A DNA stretch of 64,000 nt from Naegleria gruberi (taxonomy: Eukaryota). The stretch lies in assembly GCA_000004985.1 (NCBI GenBank), contig GG738908.1; one strand, 5' to 3'. A model generated the notes under the pieces. The model saw nothing but the letters and a program-made list of their open reading frames with translations, was not told the DNA's origin and made no database searches. Shown here one piece after another: positions 54,769 to 64,000 of this stretch (positions are counted from its first letter, which is position 1; every line of letters begins with the position of its first letter). A program made the translations under genes and the position numbers.

Positions 54769-57700
54769 NNNNNNNNNNNNNNNNNNNNNNNNNNNNNNNN
54801 NNNNNNNNNNNNNNNNNNNNNNNNNNNNNNNNNNNNNNNNNNNNNNNNNNNNNNNNNNNNNNNNNNNNNNNNNNNNNNNNNNNNNNNNNNNNNNNNNNNN
54901 NNNNNNNNNNNNNNNNNNNNNNNNNNNNNNNNNNNNNNNNNNNNNNNNNNNNNNNNNNNNNNNNNNNNNNNNNNNNNNNNNNNNNNNNNNNNNNNNNNNN
55001 NNNNNNNNNNNNNNNNNNNNNNNNNNNNNNNNNNNNNNNNNNNNNNNNNNNNNNNNNNNNNNNNNNNNNNNNNNNNNNNNNNNNNNNNNNNNNNNNNNNN
55101 NNNNNNNNNNNNNNNNNNNNNNNNNNNNNNNNNNNNNNNNNNNNNNNNNNNNNNNNNNNNNNNNNNNNNNNNNNNNNNNNNNNNNNNNNNNNNNNNNNNN
55201 NNNNNNNNNNNNNNNNNNNNNNNNNNNNNNNNNNNNNNNNNNNNNNNNNNNNNNNNNNNNNNNNNNNNNNNNNNNNNNNNNNNNNNNNNNNNNNNNNNNN
55301 NNNNNNNNNNNNNNNNNNNNNNNNNNNNNNNNNNNNNNNNNNNNNNNNNNNNNNNNNNNNNNNNNNNNNNNNNNNNNNNNNNNNNNNNNNNNNNNNNNNN
55401 NNNNNNNNNNNNNNNNNNNNNNNNNNNNNNNNNNNNNNNNNNNNNNNNNNNNNNNNNNNNNNNNNNNNNNNNNNNNNNNNNNNNNNNNNNNNNNNNNNNN
55501 NNNNNNNNNNNNNNNNNNNNNNNNNNNNNNNNNNNNNNNNNNNNNNNNNNNNNNNNNNNNNNNNNNNNNNNNNNNNNNNNNNNNNNNNNNNNNNNNNNNN
55601 NNNNNNNNNNNNNNNNNNNNNNNNNNNNNNNNNNNNNNNNNNNNNNNNNNNNNNNNNNNNNNNNNNNNNNNNNNNNNNNNNNNNNNNNNNNNNNNNNNNN
55701 NNNNNNNNNNNNNNNNNNNNNNNNNNNNNNNNNNNNNNNNNNNNNNNNNNNNNNNNNNNNNNNNNNNNNNNNNNNNNNNNNNNNNNNNNNNNNNNNNNNN
55801 NNNNNNNNNNNNNNNNNNNNNNNNNNNNNNNNNNNNNNNNNNNNNNNNNNNNNNNNNNNNNNNNNNNNNNNNNNNNNNNNNNNNNNNNNNNNNNNNNNNN
55901 NNNNNNNNNNNNNNNNNNNNNNNNNNNNNNNNNNNNNNNNNNNNNNNNNNNNNNNNNNNNNNNNNNNNNNNNNNNNNNNNNNNNNNNNNNNNNNNNNNNN
56001 NNNNNNNNNNNNNNNNNNNNNNNNNNNNNNNNNNNNNNNNNNNNNNNNNNNNNNNNNNNNNNNNNNNNNNNNNNNNNNNNNNNNNNNNNNNNNNNNNNNN
56101 NNNNNNNNNNNNNNNNNNNNNNNNNNNNNNNNNNNNNNNNNNNNNNNNNNNNNNNNNNNNNNNNNNNNNNNNNNNNNNNNNNNNNNNNNNNNNNNNNNNN
56201 NNNNNNNNNNNNNNNNNNNNNNNNNNNNNNNNNNNNNNNNNNNNNNNNNNNNNNNNNNNNNNNNNNNNNNNNNNNNNNNNNNNNNNNNNNNNNNNNNNNN
56301 NNNNNNNNNNNNNNNNNNNNNNNNNNNNNNNNNNNNNNNNNNNNNNNNNNNNNNNNNNNNNNNNNNNNNNNNNNNNNNNNNNNNNNNNNNNNNNNNNNNN
56401 NNNNNNNNNNNNNNNNNNNNNNNNNNNNNNNNNNNNNNNNNNNNNNNNNNNNNNNNNNNNNNNNNNNNNNNNNNNNNNNNNNNNNNNNNNNNNNNNNNNN
56501 NNNNNNNNNNNNNNNNNNNNNNNNNNNNNNNNNNNNNNNNNNNNNNNNNNNNNNNNNNNNNNNNNNNNNNNNNNNNNNNNNNNNNNNNNNNNNNNNNNNN
56601 NNNNNNNNNNNNNNNNNNNNNNNNNNNNNNNNNNNNNNNNNNNNNNNNNNNNNNNNNNNNNNNNNNNNNNNNNNNNNNNNNNNNNNNNNNNNNNNNNNNN
56701 NNNNNNNNNNNNNNNNNNNNNNNNNNNNNNNNNNNNNNNNNNNNNNNNNNNNNNNNNNNNNNNNNNNNNNNNNNNNNNNNNNNNNNNNNNNNNNNNNNNN
56801 NNNNNNNNNNNNNNNNNNNNNNNNNNNNNNNNNNNNNNNNNNNNNNNNNNNNNNNNNNNNNNNNNNNNNNNNNNNNNNNNNNNNNNNNNNNNNNNNNNNN
56901 NNNNNNNNNNNNNNNNNNNNNNNNNNNNNNNNNNNNNNNNNNNNNNNNNNNNNNNNNNNNNNNNNNNNNNNNNNNNNNNNNNNNNNNNNNNNNNNNNNNN
57001 NNNNNNNNNNNNNNNNNNNNNNNNNNNNNNNNNNNNNNNNNNNNNNNNNNNNNNNNNNNNNNNNNNNNNNNNNNNNNNNNNNNNNNNNNNNNNNNNNNNN
57101 NNNNNNNNNNNNNNNNNNNNNNNNNNNNNNNNNNNNNNNNNNNNNNNNNNNNNNNNNNNNNNNNNNNNNNNNNNNNNNNNNNNNNNNNNNNNNNNNNNNN
57201 NNNNNNNNNNNNNNNNNNNNNNNNNNNNNNNNNNNNNNNNNNNNNNNNNNNNNNNNNNNNNNNNNNNNNNNNNNNNNNNNNNNNNNNNNNNNNNNNNNNN
57301 NNNNNNNNNNNNNNNNNNNNNNNNNNNNNNNNNNNNNNNNNNNNNNNNNNNNNNNNNNNNNNNNNNNNNNNNNNNNNNNNNNNNNNNNNNNNNNNNNNNN
57401 NNNNNNNNNNNNNNNNNNNNNNNNNNNNNNNNNNNNNNNNNNNNNNNNNNNNNNNNNNNNNNNNNNNNNNNNNNNNNNNNNNNNNNNNNNNNNNNNNNNN
57501 NNNNNNNNNNNNNNNNNNNNNNNNNNNNNNNNNNNNNNNNNNNNNNNNNNNNNNNNNNNNNNNNNNNNNNNNNNNNNNNNNNNNNNNNNNNNNNNNNNNN
57601 NNNNNNNNNNNNNNNNNNNNNNNNNNNNNNNNNNNNNNNNNNNNNNNNNNNNNNNNNNNNNNNNNNNNNNNNNNNNNNNNNNNNNNNNNNNNNNNNNNNN

Positions 57701-57800
57701 NNNNNNNNNNNNNNNNNNNNNNNNNNNNNNNNNNNNNNNNNNNNNNNNNNNNNNNNNNNNNNNNNNNNNNNNNNNNNNNNNNNNNNNNNNNNNNNNNNNN
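54769..57800. other. assembly gap (3032 N)
   Basis: Run of N. The flanking ORFs of X are artefacts. Confidence 0.95.
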
Positions 57801-58445
57801 GCTGAAGAATTATTAAGCCAAGAGTTTACTCCTCGTCTTTTTACAAAATTAAGCACGAAATATGATGTTGGTGTTGTGCCAAGTATGTGTACAGCATGTC
57901 GAGATGACAGAATCAACTGCTTTAAAGAAAGACCAATTTGTTCACATTGTCTTGAGAAAGGAATTCCTTGCATTTATCCCAAATTTCTTAGGTTAGCTCG
58001 TAAGTATTCCTATTACAAATGTATGTAATTTATTATTTGCAAAGCATGTGTTCCTTGTACGCAACACAGAAGCAAAGTCTGCAATAGACAAAAACCATCT
58101 TGTAACCGTTGTGCAAAAGGTGAATGTTTTTATTTCACTTCAGATACAGGTCTAATAATTGGTGATATGAAAATACGGGCAGCCAAAGAGCTCTATGCCA
58201 ATTTGGATGCAAAAGAACTAGAAGAGCCAAAAGAGAATGAACAAATGTCTGTTTCTCAGACTTTTGAAGGTTCAGATAGTGAGGATAACGATGAATCATC
58301 AATGTTGGAAATTGAGGAAAACAAAAAGAATGCATTAAAGCTTAAGGAGCAAATTCACAAGTGGAAAAAAATAGTGCAGGAAGAAAAGGAATTGAATAAC
58401 AAGAAATTGAACCAGTTGAATTATATTATTTCCGAGTTTAAATGA
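57801..58445 (+). CDS. 3' part of a gene encoding two tandem Zn2Cys6 (GAL4-type) binuclear-cluster motifs and a coiled-coil tail: join(57801..57999,58045..58445); the 5' end lies in the gap
   Basis: The frame runs out of the gap. CTACRDDRINCFKERPICSHCLEKGIPC fits CX2CX6CX6CX2CX6C. A 45-nt GTAAGT..aaag intron follows, then CVPCTQHRSKVCNRQKPSCNRCAKGEC and an E/K-rich coiled coil. Confidence 0.55.
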
Positions 58446-58449
58446 ATTA

Positions 58450-59610
58450 TGATCATTTATTACCAATAGAAAGTATATTATTGACAAGGAAATAATATTC
58501 GAAGCGCTTCCTGATACAACCCTGATATCATTGGATTTGTGTGGTGATGGTACTAAGCTAGGTTGTGGTTTAACACTATAATACTGTGGAGTTGGGGAGT
58601 AGTAAGGTTTTGGAGATGGTTGTGGATTAATAGATGGCTGAGGAGTTGGGGGCTTTATGGAAGGTGGAGCTGGTGGATTGGTATCATTTGATGGGTTAGT
58701 ATCATTTAATATCATTTGCATTTGGTGGCAACAATCCAATTTCATCAAATGGAATTAATGTAAAATTAACACCATAGCTTGAGCTTACAATTGTAAAGCT
58801 CAAAGCAGTGATGTTGGCATAAATTGTTTTTGGAACATTGAAAGTATTGTTCGTGTAGGTACTGTACTGATAGACAGAAGAATCAATGGATGTTTATGCC
58901 TTTCCACTAATCAAATTGAATCTGATATCATTTCCCTTTGGAGCTCTTAAAGATTTCAAAAAGATTTAGTTGAAAAATATACAAGAAGTGCCACCAGCTC
59001 CTGGACCTTTAATTCTATAAACCAAGTTGTGCTTATCTTGTTGAGTGAAATAACATGATTAGCATTTGCCACTCCACAAGATAGCTACATGGTCAGCATT
59101 GTAGAGATAGTTTTGAGTGACAAGACCACCAACACCTTGTAAGTGAATGCCAGCTCTGTATGCTTTCCGATTCTTGAAAAAAAGACATTATTGTTAGAAA
59201 CATCAATAAAACTTGGAAGGAGAGTTCTTCTAACACCTCCATTAATACACCTTGTCCATTCTCATAAATGACATTATTGACAATTTTACTTCCACCATGA
59301 CATGCAGTAATCCAAATTGCATTGCTACCAGTATTTGATTTGATTGCTGTACCAGTTGTCATTTCCAATTCTATTCCTTACGTAGCAACTTTTGGTTTCA
59401 GTAGAACATTTGATTGAATGCTAACAATGTCTTCCACTGCCTCAGCCCAATCCCAATACAAATGTCCAGCAAGGAATGGCCACTTTTCTCTATTTTCACA
59501 TTTTGGATGAAGCATGTTGAAACCATTTGGATTATTCATGGATGTAACATTTTGCACACAAAGGAAGAGGAAAACCTCCTGTCACTTTCAATGACGGTCT
59601 CCAAATAGTT
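58450..59610 (-). pseudogene. decayed or fragmented gene for a secreted Pro/Thr-linker protein with pectin-lyase-like beta-helix segments
   Basis: The minus strand has coding-like stretches in three frames broken by stops and shifts: ...EKWPFLAGHLYWDWAEAVEDIVSIQSNVLLKPKVAT*, TGTAIKSNTGSNAIWITACHGGSKIVNNVIYENGQGV, NNTFNVPKTIYANITALSFTIVSSSYGVNFTLIPFDE..., and a PSPKPYYSPTPQYY linker. It could instead be a multi-intron gene. Confidence 0.3.
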
Positions 59611-59757
59611 GGCGAATTGGTTTTTTTATGATTGTTTTATGTGAATTGTTACCTAATTAATGATTTTCGTTCTACGTTTGTTGAAAAACAAAATGAACAG
59701 TCAAACTTAACTGTAGATTTGGAACTAATTCAGAGCAATCAATGATATGATAGTATT

Positions 59758-60651
59758 TTACAAAGATTGGTGTCTTACTTCTTGAATGAAACTGCACTTG
59801 TCATAGGAACAGATTTCAAAGCATTTCATTTTCATTCTTCTATTATCGTACAGGATACTGACACAGGGTAAAATTGACTGGTTTTCATGTAATTTTTCAG
59901 CAATATTCGGAGCTACCACGTTCAAATAAATCTTTTCGAAAGTAATATCTGTGACATACTCCAAAGTTAAATTGTCAGTATCAATCAACAACCCAAGTAC
60001 CAATTGTTTGTACATTTTAATACCATACCCTGATTTCACACTCTTTCCTCCATAATAAATTGCTCCATCACTAAAGTAATAACCCACTGAATTCTTATCA
60101 GATCCAATATAACCTTCATTAGATTGATTTTCCAATACAATTCCAAAAAGAACGTTATCAGTCGAATCAATTTTATCCATAAACACACATTCGAAATAGT
60201 AACATCCAGTATTGATCTTGAGTGGTCTATTGATCGAGGCAATAGAGCTACCGACTGACTTTTTAAAAACAATCACATTATTTTTCAATAGTGATCGATC
60301 TTGAACAACTCTATAACTTTCCTTTCCTGCAATAACATTACAATTTCTGTAAAAGTTAATTTCCCACTTCAATTGATCAAACCAGAAATTATTCGATCCA
60401 TCTTCCTTCAATCCCTTGTTATTCCTCCACATAAACATCTTTTCATACATGAATTTGTAAAAGAAATTACCCTGTTCCGACATTCTCAACACGTGATAAA
60501 ACCTTTTGCAAACCATCGGCAAGTTAATCATAAAGAATAACCACTCTTCATTATTAGGAGGCTTGATCCATCGAAAAATCTCAACCCACAACTCATCAGG
60601 AATTTCCAAAATATGAGGATAAGTATTATTTGTTATTATTATTGATTGCAT
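59758..60651 (-). CDS. F-box-like / SPRY (B30.2) domain protein
   Basis: ATG at 60651. N-terminal LEIPDELWVEIFRWI...VCKRFYHVL (F-box-like). C-terminal SPRY-like GCYYFECVFMD...GYIGSDKNSVGYYFSDGAIYYGG...LVLGLLIDTDNLTLEY. Confidence 0.6.
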   Translation of the reverse strand: MQSIIITNNTYPHILEIPDELWVEIFRWIKPPNNEEWLFFMINLPMVCKRFYHVLRMSEQGNFFYKFMYEKMFMWRNNKGLKEDGSNNFWFDQLKWEINFYRNCNVIAGKESYRVVQDRSLLKNNVIVFKKSVGSSIASINRPLKINTGCYYFECVFMDKIDSTDNVLFGIVLENQSNEGYIGSDKNSVGYYFSDGAIYYGGKSVKSGYGIKMYKQLVLGLLIDTDNLTLEYVTDITFEKIYLNVVAPNIAEKLHENQSILPCVSILYDNRRMKMKCFEICSYDKCSFIQEVRHQSL

Positions 60652-60923
60652 TTATTTCGTGTTATTCTTCACTACGATGGATAATTAGCAACCAACACTT
60701 GAAGGCTTTTTTTTGATTTTTTTGTAATGGGTTCAATCTGCCGCGCTTAAATTAAGGCTTTTTTTAATTATTAAAAAAAAATTTAGCGCCACGACTTGCC
60801 GTGCTTTTTTAGTATGAAGTTTAAAAGTCTCCGAACTGGAAAATATCTTTTGTTGAGACCTTTCGAAATTATAATGAAAGATGGAATGGTGGTAACCTAT
60901 GTGGGTGTTATCATTTCTAAAAA

Positions 60924-63900
60924 ATGGATTCCAATAACCAGCACCATCAGATTCTAATAATTTGGTTATTGTTGTTGGCAATTTTATTATTATTAACAAG
61001 TTTGCCTACTGTTGACTGCACAACATCAACTGCAAATTCATCATCATCACAAAATATTAATTATAATGAATTGGAAAACTCTCCCTCTTTTTCACTGTAT
61101 CAATTCGAACAATCACCTCCTGTAAATATTCAAGAACTTTCCGGAAAGAGAGAAATTCAAAACAACTTTATGAGTATTGCTACCATGCAAAACAAATTCT
61201 ACAGCTCTGCTTCACAGATAATTGTCCGTTTGATGATGAAAAACACATCAAATACAGAAGCAATTTGTTCGGAGAATGATCCTTGTTATAGTTTTAGTCA
61301 ACTGTTTGACAGTATGAAATTATTGATGGATAGAAATATTCAAGCGATGACTGCCAAAAATGTTACTGTTAATATTCTGTTTCTTGTAAATATTGATAGT
61401 GACCTATTGTTAAATACCTATGGGGATGTTAATTTACCATCAAATCCATTGATTTCTTACTTTTTCATGTTCCAAAGTTCTGACAAGAGAGTTTTGAATT
61501 TTCAAATTGAACCTACAATATATTTGGATTTGAAAAATAGATCTGATATTTCTTGGATGTTATTTAATAATCTTGAAATGGTAAACTTTGGCATTATGAC
61601 AACCTTTATCAATCTTGATATTGGATATGTGAATTGCAAATTGAAAACGTGTCAAATACAGCATATTTTCCAAGGTGATTACCAGGAAATGTCCACAACA
61701 ACAAATTTCCTAGTAGAGAGTACTGAAATATTCGATTCTTACATTGCTGTTGCCTCTTCCTTCCTAACCTTATTCAAAGATTGTAAATTTATTGGAAATG
61801 ATAACCTTGGGACCAATTTACTACTGAAATTATCCAATCAACTTGTTTTTGATAATATTGTGATGAGTAATGCTTATTTGTTGATATCAATTGATGAAAC
61901 CAATATTGTCATATTTAAGCAGGGACAATTTACAACTTCTCGATTAATTGTTTCTACTATTAATGTGAAGAAAGTCCACATTAGCTATGTGAATGCTATT
62001 GACTGTTCCAAAGATAATATTTTCTTTGCAATATTATTTTCTGATTCGTGCACAATAGTGAATTCATTCTTCCAGAGATCAGGTTCAATTCTGAATATAA
62101 GAGGTGTAAAGAACCTTAATATTGCAAACGTTGAATTCGATGAAAATGTTCAAACCGAGGCAGTTTCAAATGCTCAAACCTCACCAATTGAACTCAAAAT
62201 CATTGACAACTTGTTAATGATAAATGTCACTGTTCGAAATCAGTACAGCAACTATTTAAATACTGCCTACGCACTATATATTCAGGATGTTATCAGGTTG
62301 AAAATTGATGATTGTTATTTTGTGAATAACAGAATTGGAGCTCTGAGAATTCACAATCCAATTTTTTCTGAATCCTACAAGTATTCGGCTTCCATTACCA
62401 AGACACGTTTTGTTGCCAACAAATGTTCAACTGCTGGATGTGCAATGTCTTTGGAAATGATATTCTACTTGAATATTTCGGAATGCCAATTTAATGATAA
62501 TGATTCACCATCAGATGGAGGTGCGATTGTTGCTACTGCATTACAGAGATCTCTTATTTCTGATTGCACTTTTCAAAATAATATAGCTCAAGGAAATGGT
62601 GGTGCAATTGCTTTTGGAGGTATTATTGTTTATCCAAACGAGGTTTCAGGTTGTGTGTTTATTCGAAATAAGGCAAAAAAGGCAGGAGGTATTTATTTTG
62701 AGAAAAATAATTTAAAATCAATCAAAAATTCCAAATTTTTCGAGAATAGTGCTGATTATGCTGGTGCCATCTACTCATTAGGTAGCTTACCTCAATCATT
62801 TGTGAATTCATGTTCGTTCTCTAACAATCAAGCTTTCAAGTTTGGTGATAATTTTTTGGCACTAGCTGAAAGAGTTGCTCCCACACAAATATTGGAAGGA
62901 ATGAAACTTCTCAAGCCAGGACAAACCGTAAGCATCAATGTAACTGCATATTCATACGATGGCGAACCAATTCCTCTAGACTCAATGCCTTTCATATGGC
63001 CTAAACGATTTTTTGGTAAGAGACTTTTTGTTGATGTTGTGCAAGAAGCTTTCAAAATGAGCTTCACACCATATGTTGTGAACTATCCAGAGTTGGACGA
63101 AGAGTACTCAGTGATCATTTCTGTTGCGAATATTACCGCTGTATCAATAGTTGTTAGTAACTGTTCAGAAGGAGAACAACTGAAACCTTTTGCATTGGCC
63201 TCGGTAGCCAATATCTATTCTTGTGAACAGATTTCACAACTTTCATTCACACTATTTCTTGCTATTTTACTCCCTGTTTCACTTATTGTATTTGGTCTCG
63301 GTATTATTGTGACAATTTGTATAATGAAAGGGATAGTTCATATTCGAAAGAGACTTGTTTTATTAAGAGAGAAGGAACATGCTGAGAGATCAGTAGAAAA
63401 GAGAATAATAGATAAGAAAATTATTTTTGGAGATTCATATCAGCCATTAATTGATGAGAGTGAGAATAGTCTTGATAGCATGCGTTATGGACAGGAATTG
63501 AAAGCACGATCATTCATCATACCAATTTCTGAACTTACAATTGAAAGGAAATTAGCTGAGGGTGGTCAAGGAGTTGTATATGTGGGTAATTGGGGTTCTT
63601 CAACTGTTGCAATTAAATCTTTGAAATCAGATCAAAGTGAAGGTTTTGAAACTGAAGTCAGTTTACTAGCATCTCTTAGACATCCATGTATTTTGACATT
63701 CTATGGAATTTCCATAACAAATGACAGCAAATACATGATAACTGAATATTTGTCAGGTGGAAGTTTGGAGAAATTGATTTATTCAAGCAAGACAAAAACA
63801 ATTGCTTTGACATATATGGAAAAGATAAATATCCTTAAAGATATTGCAATAGGAATGAATTATTTGCATACATTGACACCTCCTATAATTCATAGGGATC

Positions 63901-64000
63901 TGGTAAGTTTTAAAATATTCACATTGTATTCATTGAAAATTATTAGAAACCTGGCAATGTATTGCTTGACAACAACAATAGATGTAAAATTGCTGATTTC
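60924..64000 (+). CDS. receptor-type protein kinase, 3'-partial at the window end: signal peptide, beta-helix ectodomain with Pmp-like GGAI/FxxN repeats, TM helix, kinase. join(60924..63902,63948..>64000)
   Basis: ATG at 60924. Signal/TM MDSNNQHHQILIIWLLLLAILLLL. Repeats DGGAIVATA, GNGGAIAFGG, KAGGIYFEKN and YAGAIYSLGS. TM helix LFLAILLPVSLIVFGLGIIVTICI. Kinase GQGVVYVG...VAIKSL...HRDL|KPGNVLLD, split by a 45-nt GTAAGT..ttag intron. Confidence 0.65.
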   Translation, partial: MDSNNQHHQILIIWLLLLAILLLLTSLPTVDCTTSTANSSSSQNINYNELENSPSFSLYQFEQSPPVNIQELSGKREIQNNFMSIATMQNKFYSSASQIIVRLMMKNTSNTEAICSENDPCYSFSQLFDSMKLLMDRNIQAMTAKNVTVNILFLVNIDSDLLLNTYGDVNLPSNPLISYFFMFQSSDKRVLNFQIEPTIYLDLKNRSDISWMLFNNLEMVNFGIMTTFINLDIGYVNCKLKTCQIQHIFQGDYQEMSTTTNFLVESTEIFDSYIAVASSFLTLFKDCKFIGNDNLGTNLLLKLSNQLVFDNIVMSNAYLLISIDETNIVIFKQGQFTTSRLIVSTINVKKVHISYVNAIDCSKDNIFFAILFSDSCTIVNSFFQRSGSILNIRGVKNLNIANVEFDENVQTEAVSNAQTSPIELKIIDNLLMINVTVRNQYSNYLNTAYALYIQDVIRLKIDDCYFVNNRIGALRIHNPIFSESYKYSASITKTRFVANKCSTAGCAMSLEMIFYLNISECQFNDNDSPSDGGAIVATALQRSLISDCTFQNNIAQGNGGAIAFGGIIVYPNEVSGCVFIRNKAKKAGGIYFEKNNLKSIKNSKFFENSADYAGAIYSLGSLPQSFVNSCSFSNNQAFKFGDNFLALAERVAPTQILEGMKLLKPGQTVSINVTAYSYDGEPIPLDSMPFIWPKRFFGKRLFVDVVQEAFKMSFTPYVVNYPELDEEYSVIISVANITAVSIVVSNCSEGEQLKPFALASVANIYSCEQISQLSFTLFLAILLPVSLIVFGLGIIVTICIMKGIVHIRKRLVLLREKEHAERSVEKRIIDKKIIFGDSYQPLIDESENSLDSMRYGQELKARSFIIPISELTIERKLAEGGQGVVYVGNWGSSTVAIKSLKSDQSEGFETEVSLLASLRHPCILTFYGISITNDSKYMITEYLSGGSLEKLIYSSKTKTIALTYMEKINILKDIAIGMNYLHTLTPPIIHRDLVSFKIFTLYSLKIIRNLAMYCLTTTIDVKLLI

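Noticed and set aside
54724-57973. ORFs 54724..57816 (+) and 54755..57973 (-) of 1000+ aa
   Set aside because: They consist almost entirely of X from the 3032-N gap. Only the real flank 57801-57999 is used, as exon sequence of the Zn2Cys6 gene.
60733-60999. 88-aa minus-strand ORF upstream of the receptor kinase
   Set aside because: It overlaps the receptor-kinase start region and the AT-rich promoter and has no start context or domain. It is likely spurious.

Overview
This is AT-rich (~65% AT) nuclear DNA from an amoeboid protist, gene-dense and transcribed from both strands. Introns are short (41-67 nt) and follow GT...AG rules (mostly GTAAGT...AG); there are Pol III genes (two tRNAs, one 5S rRNA), and many proteins carry poly-N/Q/S tracts. 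DUF4116-type repeats, RNI-like LRRs, [FeFe]-hydrogenase maturases and receptor-like kinases would fit a Naegleria-like heterolobosean, but this is inference. Three runs of N (47544-48658, 50359-50408, 54769-57800) are assembly gaps. Recognisable products include a U-box E3 ligase (3 exons), several F-box proteins and a TALE homeobox protein. There is a secreted lipase-like alpha/beta hydrolase split by an in-frame TAG, and a two-exon protein ending in an adenylate-kinase domain. Further products are an MDR quinone oxidoreductase, a two-exon aldo-keto reductase, an Hsp20 small heat-shock protein and a DUF4116 repeat protein. Also present are a partial tandem Zn2Cys6 protein, an F-box/SPRY protein, a 7TM membrane protein and a receptor-type kinase with a Pmp-like beta-helix ectodomain. 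Two observations stand out. The first is a head-to-head pair of radical-SAM [FeFe]-hydrogenase maturases, HydG (25270-26961, minus) and HydE (27429-29003, plus), both with N-terminal presequence-like extensions and sharing about 470 bp of promoter region. The second is a roughly 7.6 kb five-exon gene (31043-38841) that encodes an active protein kinase, a pseudokinase and a DOCK-family (DHR-1) GEF region in a single reading frame. A tandemly duplicated segment (45.2-52.7 kb) carries paralogous AT-hook genes separated by three copies of a ~1 kb non-coding element that is better conserved than the flanking coding sequence. The ORF track used bacterial start codons (TTG/GTG), so I re-anchored starts to in-frame ATG codons where I could see them.
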